39,005 nt of DNA from an uncultured Candidatus Saccharibacteria bacterium (GCA_964357795.1 CAYHMN010000001.1:1-39005); one strand, 5' to 3'; counted from the first letter of the stretch, positions 10,618 through 18,224 are shown. Numbers and translations: made by a program. Notes: generated by a model from the sequence alone, not told the origin.

Positions 10618-10646
10618 TTGACGGTGAACGAGCGTTCACATATACT
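10618..10646 (+). promoter_or_regulatory. Promoter with a LexA (Cheo-type) operator in the spacer
   Basis: TTGACG (10618-10623), a 17-nt spacer containing the perfect palindrome GTGAAC-GAGC-GTTCAC (10624-10639, i.e. GAAC-N4-GTTC), then TATACT (10641-10646). Confidence 0.75.
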
Positions 10647-10686
10647 GTATATGTAGTCGATTAATACAAATTAATCAAAACATATT

Positions 10687-10893
10687 ATGAACAGAGAACA
10701 ATACGTCAAAATAATAGAGAGGGAGTTACAGGCTATTAATAAGAGGATAGATATGAAAATTCTCCAAGGTATAGAATATAGGAAGGAGGCTCGCGAGCAT
10801 AAGATGCTCCAAAAGAAAATGGTACAGCATTCTCGTAGAGGATTCTTCAGCAGATTCGTCACCGCAGTACCACAATTTTCTATTTTTTTCTAA
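10687..10893 (+). CDS. Small hypothetical protein, first ORF behind the LexA-box promoter
   Basis: 68 aa. Charged helical N-terminal part and hydrophobic tail FFSRFVTAVPQFSIFF. Lies 40 nt downstream of the promoter and 10 nt upstream of lexA. Confidence 0.5.
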   Translation: MNREQYVKIIERELQAINKRIDMKILQGIEYRKEAREHKMLQKKMVQHSRRGFFSRFVTAVPQFSIFF

Positions 10894-10902
10894 CTATTAT
10901 TT

Positions 10903-11469
10903 ATGTACAACGAATATAAAACTAAGCTCCAATCTTTCTATAACAGAGAAAAGCGCATGCCTACATACACAGAGATGATGCACTTATTTGGATTTAAATC
11001 CAAGAACGCAGTCGCGCGCCTCGTAGATAAATTCATAGATGCTGGTATAGTTGCGAAAGACCATCTCGGTAGACTTATCGCCAACGATTCATTTGATAAT
11101 ATTCCGCTCCTTGGACTAGTGAAGGCAGGATTCCCATCAGATGTCGCCGAAGAGTCTCGCGATACAGTAAACCTAGACGAATATTTAATTACAAAGAAAG
11201 ATAATACATATATGCTCGAAGTGGATGGCAACTCTATGATAGATGCACACATTGCCGATGGCGATATGGTACTAGTAGAGAAGACAGATAAAGCTAAAGA
11301 TGGCGAGATTGTCATCGCAGATGTAGACGGAGAGTTCACAATGAAGTACTTCCGCAAGAGTGGCGACAAAGTCTGGCTCGAACCTGCCAACAAAGATTTC
11401 AAGAATATCTACCCAACAACTTATATGACTATCACTGCAGTGGTGAAAGCCGTCATACGAAAGTACTAA
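10903..11469 (+). CDS. lexA: LexA repressor (S24 peptidase)
   Basis: 188 aa. N-terminal winged-helix region, Ala-Gly cleavage site in LVKAGFP, catalytic Ser in VDGNSM and Lys in FTMKYF. Confidence 0.85.
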   Translation: MYNEYKTKLQSFYNREKRMPTYTEMMHLFGFKSKNAVARLVDKFIDAGIVAKDHLGRLIANDSFDNIPLLGLVKAGFPSDVAEESRDTVNLDEYLITKKDNTYMLEVDGNSMIDAHIADGDMVLVEKTDKAKDGEIVIADVDGEFTMKYFRKSGDKVWLEPANKDFKNIYPTTYMTITAVVKAVIRKY

Positions 11470-11483
11470 TGCTATACTAGATT

Positions 11484-13151
11484 ATGACTCAGGCACAGGC
11501 ATTTGCCATTATGAAAACGGGAGTGAACATCTATCTGACTGGTAGTGCGGGAAGTGGTAAGACATATTTACTCAATCAATATATATCTTACTTACAGAGC
11601 CACGATATCCCCGTGGCTGTTACTGCGTCTACTGGTATCGCAGCAACTCATATGAACGGTATGACTATCCACGGCTGGGCTGGTATTGGTATCAAGGATA
11701 CGATGGATGAGCATGATATTGAGCTTCTCGAAGGCAAGCAGTACCTATGGAAGCGCTTTGATAAGGCGCGAGTGCTTATTATAGACGAAGTTTCTATGCT
11801 CCACGCACACCGGCTCGATATGGTAGAGCGAGTATGCCGAAGATTTAAAAGAAATGATAAACCATTCGGAGGACTCCAAGTTATTCTCTCTGGAGATTTT
11901 TTCCAATTACCTCCGATTAATCGCGAGAGTGGTGCTGATTTGAAAGACATGGTCCTCCATAGTGAGGCATGGCGGATTATGAACCCAGCTATATGCTATC
12001 TTACAGAACAACACCGCCAAGAAGATGAGACGCTGACAACAATACTCAATGCCATCCGAGATAATTCTGTAGACACGCTTCACTATGAACAATTAGAGAG
12101 TCGACTCAACGCAGAACTGCCTGACGGTGTCCGACCAACAAAACTTTATACTCACAATGCCAATGTAGATGGTGAGAATAGTACAGAGCTTGCGACTATA
12201 GCAAGCGATGAGAAACTGTATCGGATGACTTCCACTGGTCCAGATGTGCTTGTAGAAATATTGAAGAAGAGTTGTCTTGCGCATGAAGAGCTACGACTGA
12301 AAGTCGGCGCGGAAGTAATGTGTATTAAGAATAATTTTGACGCAGGTTACGTGAATGGTACTCGCGGGAAAGTCATCGCATTCCTAGATTCTGACGACAC
12401 TCCAATTATCGAGCTCTACAATGGCAAGACTATATATGCCACTCCAGAGACTTGGGCCATAGAAGAGAACGGCAAAGAGAAGGCTAGTATAAGCCAGCTA
12501 CCTATAAGGCTAGCTTGGGCTATTACCATCCACAAGAGCCAAGGTATATCGCTAGATAATGCGGAGATAGACCTCTCAAGAACATTTGCCTATGGTATGG
12601 GCTATGTAGCCCTTTCACGCGTACGTACGCTTGCTGGTATCTGGTTGGTAGGCTTCCACCCCGATGCTCTTCGTGTCGATCCAAAGGTCCTAGAATTTGA
12701 CCAAGATCTCCGGAACGAGAGTACTCAGAATGAACTTATGTTTGGTAAATTGAAAAAGGGAGAGCAAGAGAAGCTTGAATATTCATTTATTATAAACATG
12801 GGAGGTAGTATTGAAACAGGTAATAAGAAAGAAACACAAGTGAAAGTCTCTACAGTTATGATTACAAAAGAGCTTCTCGACCAAGGGAAAAATATTGCAA
12901 AAATTGCCAAGGAGCGTGGTTTAACGAAAGGAACTATTACTCACCACATCGAGCAGATAGTGGAACAGTACCCAGAAACGGTTATAGAACATATCAAACC
13001 GAAACAGCAACATATAGACATAGTAAAGAAAGCAAATAAAACACTAGAAGGAGAGGAAGTAGGGAAGTTGAGCCCTATTAAATTAATCCTTGAGAAAGAT
13101 GGACATAATTTATCATTTGAAGATATAAGATTAGCGAAATTATTTATATGA
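11484..13151 (+). CDS. PIF1/RecD-like superfamily-1 DNA helicase with C-terminal HTH-like domain
   Basis: 555 aa. Walker A GSAGSGKTY, motif II IIDEVSM, GDFFQLPP, WAITIHKSQG, and a C-terminal IAKIAKERGLTKGTITHHIEQ HTH-like segment. Confidence 0.85.
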   Translation: MTQAQAFAIMKTGVNIYLTGSAGSGKTYLLNQYISYLQSHDIPVAVTASTGIAATHMNGMTIHGWAGIGIKDTMDEHDIELLEGKQYLWKRFDKARVLIIDEVSMLHAHRLDMVERVCRRFKRNDKPFGGLQVILSGDFFQLPPINRESGADLKDMVLHSEAWRIMNPAICYLTEQHRQEDETLTTILNAIRDNSVDTLHYEQLESRLNAELPDGVRPTKLYTHNANVDGENSTELATIASDEKLYRMTSTGPDVLVEILKKSCLAHEELRLKVGAEVMCIKNNFDAGYVNGTRGKVIAFLDSDDTPIIELYNGKTIYATPETWAIEENGKEKASISQLPIRLAWAITIHKSQGISLDNAEIDLSRTFAYGMGYVALSRVRTLAGIWLVGFHPDALRVDPKVLEFDQDLRNESTQNELMFGKLKKGEQEKLEYSFIINMGGSIETGNKKETQVKVSTVMITKELLDQGKNIAKIAKERGLTKGTITHHIEQIVEQYPETVIEHIKPKQQHIDIVKKANKTLEGEEVGKLSPIKLILEKDGHNLSFEDIRLAKLFI

Positions 13152-13438
13152 AAAAAATAAAAAAACTAAGTATGTTTACAGAGAGAGTGCTCAACATAGT
13201 CTCAGGTATAAAGAAAGGAAAGACTATGACGTACAAAGAAGTTGCTACTCGCGCTGGGAGCCCGGGCGCTTCGCGTGCTGTTGGGTCTATTATGAAGGGA
13301 AATTATAGGGAAGGTATCCCTTGCCACCGTGTAATCCGAAGTGATGGAGTAATAGGAGAGTACAATCGTGGTGGCCCGTCAGAGAAATATAAGAAGTTAA
13401 AAAAAGAAGGCGCTTTTAAAAATATCGTGTTAAAATAA
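13148..13438 (+). CDS. MGMT-family methylated-DNA-protein-cysteine methyltransferase domain protein
   Basis: 96 aa. TYKEVATRAGSPGASRAVG helix-turn-helix block and active-site IPCHRVI. ATGA overlap with the helicase stop codon. Confidence 0.85.
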   Translation: MKKIKKLSMFTERVLNIVSGIKKGKTMTYKEVATRAGSPGASRAVGSIMKGNYREGIPCHRVIRSDGVIGEYNRGGPSEKYKKLKKEGAFKNIVLK

Positions 13439-13442
13439 TATT

Positions 13443-13841
13443 ATGAATAATTCTTACAACTGGTATTCAACACTCATCAAGCCTACATGGTCACCACCAT
13501 CATGGCTGTTTGGTCCTGTCTGGAGCATGCTTTATGTCATGATAGCCATATCATTTGGAAAAGTATTCATGATGCTCTTCCAGAAACAGATCACATTTTC
13601 AGTTGCTTTGCCATTCATCTTGAACCTTATTTTCAATTTCTCTTTCACTTACTTACAATTTGGTCTTAAGAATAATTTACTCGCTGCTATAGACATACTA
13701 CTAGTTCTTATTACTATTATCTGGGCGATGGTTGCTATATTCCCACATGCCAAATGGATTACTTATATCCAGATACCATATCTACTATGGGTCTCTTTTG
13801 CAACAGTACTCCAGCTGACTATCACATATCTAAATAGATGA
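13443..13841 (+). CDS. tspO: TspO/MBR tryptophan-rich sensory protein
   Basis: 132-aa multi-TM protein. Signature WYSTLIKPTWSPPSWLFGPVWSMLY. Confidence 0.85.
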   Translation: MNNSYNWYSTLIKPTWSPPSWLFGPVWSMLYVMIAISFGKVFMMLFQKQITFSVALPFILNLIFNFSFTYLQFGLKNNLLAAIDILLVLITIIWAMVAIFPHAKWITYIQIPYLLWVSFATVLQLTITYLNR

Positions 13842-14287
13842 TAACCTCAAACTTTATTGGATTATTTATATTTATAGCAGGGTTTATCATCGGACTCGGA
13901 GCAGTGATTGTGATTGATATTCATGGATTCCTGGGTAGGAAGTCTTCCTATTGGACAGAAGCCACTATACGAACTCATAAAATCACGAAGCCACTCATAT
14001 GGCTTGGAATTATACTTGCAATTCTTGGTGGTTTTATATTTTATCATAATGAATCCTTATCTATAATTCCGCTTTATCACTCAGTAATTGCTTGTGTGCT
14101 TATATTAAATGGTATTTTTCTATCTTTTTATGTTAGCCCATTTTTATTAAAACAAGAGCACGAAGGAAGACAAAGTGAGCTTTTACCCAAGTCGCTACAA
14201 AATAAAATCATGGTTAGTCTGATAATATCAGACTTAGGTTGGTGGGGAGGGTTAGGGCTACTTGTTTACTATCTTATTAATCAATAA
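13838..14287 (+). CDS. Hypothetical integral membrane protein
   Basis: 149 aa with about 4 predicted TM helices. ATGA overlap with tspO. Confidence 0.6.
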   Translation: MITSNFIGLFIFIAGFIIGLGAVIVIDIHGFLGRKSSYWTEATIRTHKITKPLIWLGIILAILGGFIFYHNESLSIIPLYHSVIACVLILNGIFLSFYVSPFLLKQEHEGRQSELLPKSLQNKIMVSLIISDLGWWGGLGLLVYYLINQ

Positions 14288-14514
14288 TGTACATACATGT
14301 AAAAGTTACAACTGAGGCAAAGAAAGAACTTGTAAAAGAAAAGAGTTCTGACCATTTTGAAGTCTCCGTTCGTGAACCTGCAGAACGTAACCTTGCTAAT
14401 ACTCGCATCATAGAAGTTATCGCTCTCCATTTTAAAATTCCTAAATCACATATCCGCATTACTAACGGTCACCATAGTTCTACGAAACTTTTATCGATAA
14501 AAGATGAAAAATAG
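14287..14514 (+). CDS. DUF167 (YggU-like) family protein
   Basis: 75 aa. Pattern HVKVTTEAKKE...FEVSVREPAERNLANTRIIEVIA resembles the YggU fold family. Confidence 0.65.
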   Translation: MYIHVKVTTEAKKELVKEKSSDHFEVSVREPAERNLANTRIIEVIALHFKIPKSHIRITNGHHSSTKLLSIKDEK

Positions 14515-14947
14515 TTTAGATATAATTTTTAAACCGCAACTGACACCAAAGCAAATGCTAAAGCTTGGTGTATTTGGAGGTTACTATTTTGAAGTCAAAA
14601 CAAAAGATGTACCAAAAGATATACTGAAACTTGCCAATATTTCAAAGACTAAGAAGAAAGATCCTAAACTAAATTATTTTAAAGTTCGTGCAAGCCAGCC
14701 ACTCGCAGTATGGCAAAAAAAGGGTTGGATAAATAAAGCGGATCCAAATGGCTGGTTTGAATGGTATATAAAATATTTTTATGGGAGAAGATTACCCAAG
14801 GAAGACGCAAGGCAGATAAAGAGATGGTACATGATGCGCCGGCACATAACCCAAGTGAAGAATAATTGCAGGTTAGGGGATACATTCTGCCGTCCTCGCC
14901 AGCGCCAAGCACTACTCCACTGGGCTTATGATTCAAGAAAAATATAA
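14504..14947 (+). CDS. Conserved-looking hypothetical protein
   Basis: 147 aa. Trp-rich block GWFEWYIKYFYGRRLPKEDARQIKRW. Overlaps both neighbours, suggesting translational coupling. Confidence 0.6.
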   Translation: MKNSLDIIFKPQLTPKQMLKLGVFGGYYFEVKTKDVPKDILKLANISKTKKKDPKLNYFKVRASQPLAVWQKKGWINKADPNGWFEWYIKYFYGRRLPKEDARQIKRWYMMRRHITQVKNNCRLGDTFCRPRQRQALLHWAYDSRKI

Positions 14948-15228
14948 TGAAGAAAGAATATAAAATTAAAGCGAAGGTTTGGCGATGGCCTGGGGATGCT
15001 GGATGGCATTTCGTGAATGTAGATAGGAAGCTCTCCGAGCGGATTCGGAAAGCTTACCCGAGGGGTTTTGTGAAGATTCGAGTCCAGATAGGAAAGACTA
15101 TTTGGGATACATCACTATTCCCACATAAACTCTCTGCTTCATACCTCCTATCTGTCAAAGCTAGTGTTCGCAAAAAGGAAGATATTTTCGAAGGGGATGA
15201 GGTGGTAATAAAGTTTCGAATTAGATAA
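14947..15228 (+). CDS. DUF1905 domain protein
   Basis: 93 aa. AKVWRWPGDAGWHFVNV...VKIRVQIGKTIWDTSLFP matches the DUF1905 pattern as I recall it. Confidence 0.65.
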   Translation: MKKEYKIKAKVWRWPGDAGWHFVNVDRKLSERIRKAYPRGFVKIRVQIGKTIWDTSLFPHKLSASYLLSVKASVRKKEDIFEGDEVVIKFRIR

Positions 15229-15300
15229 TATTAATTTGACTTTTACAGAAAAATGATGTAAAAAGGAGTTAAATATTTCAAAAAAATTAAATAAAAGTTT

Positions 15301-15930
15301 ATGAAAAAAGCTAGAAAGTACTTTGGTTTGTTCTCTGATTTTGCAATTCAGAGATTACTCAAGCTCCACCAGAAAATTATTACTCTGTTGTACAAAAAAG
15401 TATCGTACAAAGAAAAATTAAAAACACACGTAGATAAGGGATTAGTAAAGCCAGAAAGAGCAACTGCAGAGAATGCCTTGCAGGCCGAGTACAAATACAC
15501 ATCTCCAACTAAGTACGGATCTAAATTATTAACAGGCATAATAAACAACAGGTTCACTGAAAAAGGCTCAGCCTGGACCCATGTAGTAAATGAGAAAGAC
15601 AAGCGGGTTTGGACCAGAGAGTTTTACCGGATCACTCCAAAAATACTGTTTGATCGCTTGATACCATACGCAATTGTCGCAAAAAATATCGCCGATGGCA
15701 GACCTGATGGTATGTTTTTAGCTTTTGCTAAAAACTCTGAAACTGAGTATGTATGGAAATCAAAAAATGGCAAGAAAGTCATCCCATTTGATCTTCGTGA
15801 TTACTTTACCGGTCTCACCCATAAACAGATAACCTTTGTTAAAAAAAATGAATCAAATCGTAATTCATACCTACGTAGAACAGAAAGTAAGGTTACAAGG
15901 CAAAGAACATTTCAAAAAAAATGGAAATAA
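15301..15930 (+). CDS. Hypothetical basic protein
   Basis: 209-aa ORF followed by an intrinsic terminator (15950-15980). No recognisable motif. Confidence 0.55.
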   Translation: MKKARKYFGLFSDFAIQRLLKLHQKIITLLYKKVSYKEKLKTHVDKGLVKPERATAENALQAEYKYTSPTKYGSKLLTGIINNRFTEKGSAWTHVVNEKDKRVWTREFYRITPKILFDRLIPYAIVAKNIADGRPDGMFLAFAKNSETEYVWKSKNGKKVIPFDLRDYFTGLTHKQITFVKKNESNRNSYLRRTESKVTRQRTFQKKWK

Positions 15931-15949
15931 ATAGTTTCCATATAAGTAT

Positions 15950-15980
15950 CCCATCACGCTTGCGTGATGGGAGCTTTTTT
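15950..15980 (+). terminator. Intrinsic terminator
   Basis: CCCATCACGC/GCGTGATGGG stem followed by AGCTTTTTT. Confidence 0.8.
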
Positions 15981-15997
15981 AATGTTATAATATACGA

Positions 15998-16471
15998 ATG
16001 AAAAAAAATATAATTTTTATAGTTTTAATTATAGTTATATTTGGAGCTTATCATATAAGTCAGAAGGAAAATAAATCTACAACTATAATATATCCTCCTG
16101 TTACACTGACTACTACAACCCCTCCCACAGAACCTAAGCCAACAGTTAACCCTACACCCGCAAAAGGTACTGTTGCTGGGCATATAAACATCGGGCCATT
16201 CTGTGGAGTTATAAGAGAAGGGAAAGATTGCCCTGTGCCTCCAGAGGCTTATAGCTCTAGGAAAGTTCTAGTATATGCGTCAAATGAAACTACAATAAAA
16301 GATAGGGTGAGCATAGATACAAAAGGGGACTACAAAGTAGCACTCCTACCAGGAACATACTTCCTACAGGTAGAACCTGCAGGTATTGGCCCTGGTGAGA
16401 AGAAGAAGGTAGTAATCATATCATCAAAGACAAGTACAGTAGACTTTGATATTGATACAGGAATAAGATAA
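15998..16471 (+). CDS. Membrane-anchored protein with Pro/Thr linker and small beta-sandwich-like domain
   Basis: 157 aa. TM helix IIFIVLIIVIFGAY, a PPVTLTTTTPPTEPKPTVNPTP linker, and a C-terminal KGDYKVALLPGTYFLQV segment reminiscent of carboxypeptidase-regulatory-like folds. Terminator follows. Confidence 0.55.
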   Translation: MKKNIIFIVLIIVIFGAYHISQKENKSTTIIYPPVTLTTTTPPTEPKPTVNPTPAKGTVAGHINIGPFCGVIREGKDCPVPPEAYSSRKVLVYASNETTIKDRVSIDTKGDYKVALLPGTYFLQVEPAGIGPGEKKKVVIISSKTSTVDFDIDTGIR

Positions 16472-16491
16472 TAATAATAATAATACATTCA

Positions 16492-16517
16492 AAAACCCGC
16501 CACTAAGGCGGATTTTT
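16492..16517 (+). terminator. Intrinsic terminator
   Basis: CCGCC/GGCGG stem with an A-run before and ATTTTT after. Confidence 0.7.
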
Positions 16518-16661
16518 GACTAGTATCAATGTACAAATTTTTATAGACACAGGGATGAACAATAGTCATTTGCATCTACACAATGCATAACGAATGAGAT
16601 TGCATATTGTTACATTCCTTTTTGCTAAAACTGTTGCATAATATAAAATTGACTAGAGCTA

Positions 16662-16689
16662 TTGACATCCCCTAGAGGAGGAATATACT
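16662..16689 (+). promoter_or_regulatory. Promoter of the T9SS-CTD-like gene
   Basis: TTGACA (16662-16667), 16-nt spacer, TATACT (16684-16689). About 65-nt leader. Confidence 0.6.
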
Positions 16690-16754
16690 TTGAGTTAAGT
16701 ACTCTTGAAATAAAAATAACCTCATTCTTCACTTCAAAACCCAGTTACACGATC

Positions 16755-17108
16755 ATGAAAAAGTTTACTATGTACTTTATCATTGTGACGATAGTCTCAA
16801 TGACAATGAGCTCCGTGTCTAAAGCTCAAATTGTGGAAGGGAATTCTTTTAAAATTAACCCGAACCCAATAAAAACTTCCTGGATCAATGTTGATTTCAA
16901 AGACGCAACAATGAATGGCTATGCCACTATTTATGACATGGTTGGGCAACAATTGTTGCCATATAAACCATTCAATGGTGGAACATTTCAAATGGATTTG
17001 TGGAATTACAGCACTGGTAGACCTATTGAAAGAGGTATATACACCATCATTGTATGGACTACAGGTAATAAAAAAATCCGATTAACGGGAAGATTAGTAA
17101 AACAGTAA
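16755..17108 (+). CDS. Signal peptide plus T9SS-type C-terminal sorting (Por_Secre_tail-like) domain, no cargo domain
   Basis: 117 aa from ATG 16755; the track ORF begins at TTG 16662, which is actually the -35 box. Signal peptide ends SKAQ. The rest matches the CTD pattern: INPNP...YATIYDMVGQQL...FQMDL...RGIYTIIVWTTGNKKIRLTGRLVKQ. Confidence 0.65.
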   Translation: MKKFTMYFIIVTIVSMTMSSVSKAQIVEGNSFKINPNPIKTSWINVDFKDATMNGYATIYDMVGQQLLPYKPFNGGTFQMDLWNYSTGRPIERGIYTIIVWTTGNKKIRLTGRLVKQ

Positions 17109-17216
17109 ACCAAATTTTATGAACTGGAAAACGCAATGCGCAAAAAGGAGGTATTTAGCCTTGTAGGCACAAATGTTTAAATTAAGAATAGAATATCTAA
17201 TATCTTATAGAAATCC

Positions 17217-17264
17217 GACCTTGTTATAATAATATTTTAATTATTATAACAAGGTCTTTTTTTA
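17217..17264 (+). terminator. Intrinsic terminator (17-bp AT-rich stem)
   Basis: GACCTTGTTATAATAAT (17217-17233) pairs perfectly with ATTATTATAACAAGGTC (17240-17256), followed by TTTTTTTA. Confidence 0.8.
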
Positions 17265-17306
17265 TTCCTGATTTGCTATACCGAGAGATGGGAGTATACT
17301 TAATAT

Positions 17307-17435
17307 ATGAAAGCAATTAAACAAAAAAGAAATGTGAAAGCGCATATTGAACTGCCAGTAAAAGGGGATAAGAAAAAGGAGTTTGCTCTAAAGCATCCGC
17401 CAAATCTCAAACCCAAAAGTAAACGTGCAAAATAG
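17307..17435 (+). CDS. Tiny Lys-rich ORF (42 aa)
   Basis: MKAIKQKRNVKAHIELPVKGDKKKEFALKHPPNLKPKSKRAK, with 15 of 42 residues K/R. TATACT lies 6 nt before the ATG, and a strong terminator (17441-17472) sits right after the stop. Confidence 0.45.
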   Translation: MKAIKQKRNVKAHIELPVKGDKKKEFALKHPPNLKPKSKRAK

Positions 17436-17440
17436 CATTA

Positions 17441-17472
17441 AAAAATCACTGGTATAATTCAGTGATTTTTTC
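17441..17472. terminator. Bidirectional terminator shared by convergent micro-genes
   Basis: AAAAATCACT/AGTGATTTTT 10-bp stem with A and T runs on both sides. Confidence 0.8.
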
Positions 17473-17508
17473 TTACTTTGAAACAATAGTAATATTTTCT
17501 CAATTAGT

Positions 17509-17637
17509 TCATCCTTTATACTTTCTGTAAAAATGCACAAATACTGCACCTAGTGCAAGGAAAACAAGAGTTCCAATTAGTAATGCAAGTAATTTTTGGT
17601 CTTTAGTCCAAACTAAAAAGATTAACATTATATTCAT
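17509..17637 (-). CDS. Small single-TM ORF (42 aa)
   Basis: MNIMLIFLVWTKDQKLLALLIGTLVFLALGAVFVHFYRKYKG. Consensus promoter upstream (17677-17705) and a shared bidirectional terminator (17441-17472). Confidence 0.35.
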   Translation of the reverse strand: MNIMLIFLVWTKDQKLLALLIGTLVFLALGAVFVHFYRKYKG

Positions 17638-17676
17638 AAAAATACTTTTAGTGAAAAATTAAAGTACGTTGTTTCT

Positions 17677-17705
17677 ATTTAAGTATATTTTTTATATTTT
17701 GTCAA
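17677..17705 (-). promoter_or_regulatory. Promoter of the small TM ORF 17509-17637
   Basis: Minus strand reads TTGACA, 17-nt spacer, TTAAAT. Confidence 0.5.
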
Positions 17706-17774
17706 TATCCACTATACGTGGGACATATAGATATGGTATAATTGTAAGTATATTAATAGTAACCTAAATAAATT

Positions 17775-17960
17775 ATGGCTGTACTAAAAGCATTGTGTAT
17801 GAAGTGTCGTGATGATAAAAATAAGCCTACCATGCAGGAGATGAAGAACCCTGTAGTGTCTGAAAAGAATGGTAGATACTCAGCTAAAGGACAATGTGCA
17901 GTGTGTGGAGGAAATATGTTCAAGTTCATGTCAAAGGCAGATGCAGAGGCAATGAAATAG
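17775..17960 (+). CDS. DUF5679-like zinc-ribbon micro-protein
   Basis: 61 aa. CMKCR...(26)...CAVCG pattern with MFKF after the second knuckle. GC-rich terminator follows (17972-17997). Confidence 0.7.
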   Translation: MAVLKALCMKCRDDKNKPTMQEMKNPVVSEKNGRYSAKGQCAVCGGNMFKFMSKADAEAMK

Positions 17961-17971
17961 CTAGATAAAAT

Positions 17972-17997
17972 AAAACCCCGCATTGCGGGGTTTTATT
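17972..17997. terminator. Bidirectional terminator between the DUF5679 gene and the basic micro-ORF
   Basis: AAAACCCCGC/GCGGGGTTTT stem with loop ATT. Confidence 0.85.
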
Positions 17998-18126
17998 TTA
18001 TATCTTCTTTTTTCTTTTTGCTGCTAGAGCTCCCAGTCTTGCTTTCTTTACTGCAAGACGTTTCTTTGTCTTGCGAGAATGAATTGATTTCGGTTTAATA
18101 CCTAAATTAGTACTTCTTTTTGCCAT
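17998..18126 (-). CDS. Tiny Lys/Arg-rich ORF (42 aa)
   Basis: MAKRSTNLGIKPKSIHSRKTKKRLAVKKARLGALAAKRKKKI, with 17 of 42 residues K/R. Convergent with the DUF5679 gene and shares its terminator. Confidence 0.45.
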   Translation of the reverse strand: MAKRSTNLGIKPKSIHSRKTKKRLAVKKARLGALAAKRKKKI

Positions 18127-18224
18127 ATATAGTTTATATTATTAATATATGTGTATTATACTTTATATTTGGAAATTATCCAACGCTCGTCGCATATAGA
18201 CCCTTTATCTGCTAGTATGGAGGA

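Noticed and set aside
13487-13669. 60-aa alternative-frame ORF inside tspO
   Set aside because: It sits within a gene carrying the TspO signature, and it has no start signals.
16662-16754. N-terminal extension of the T9SS-CTD-like ORF from TTG 16662. Similar upstream extensions occur at 33393-33434 (prs), 37704-37793 (cassette C) and 38152-38184 (cassette B).
   Set aside because: The extensions cover promoter boxes or repeats and start at non-ATG codons, or they lack an RBS. Internal ATGs give canonical N-termini (signal peptide, prs N-terminus, strong AAGGAGGG RBS, leaderless -10 geometry).
17146-17230. AAGGAGG string at 17146-17152 and an 18-codon ORF starting at 17173
   Set aside because: The SD-like string is 20 nt from the ATG, which is too far. 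The ORF runs into the terminator stem. This is probably 3' UTR of the preceding gene.
17753-17983. 76-aa ORF antisense to the DUF5679 gene
   Set aside because: It fully overlaps a gene with a clear zinc-ribbon motif, promoter and terminator. It has no signals of its own.
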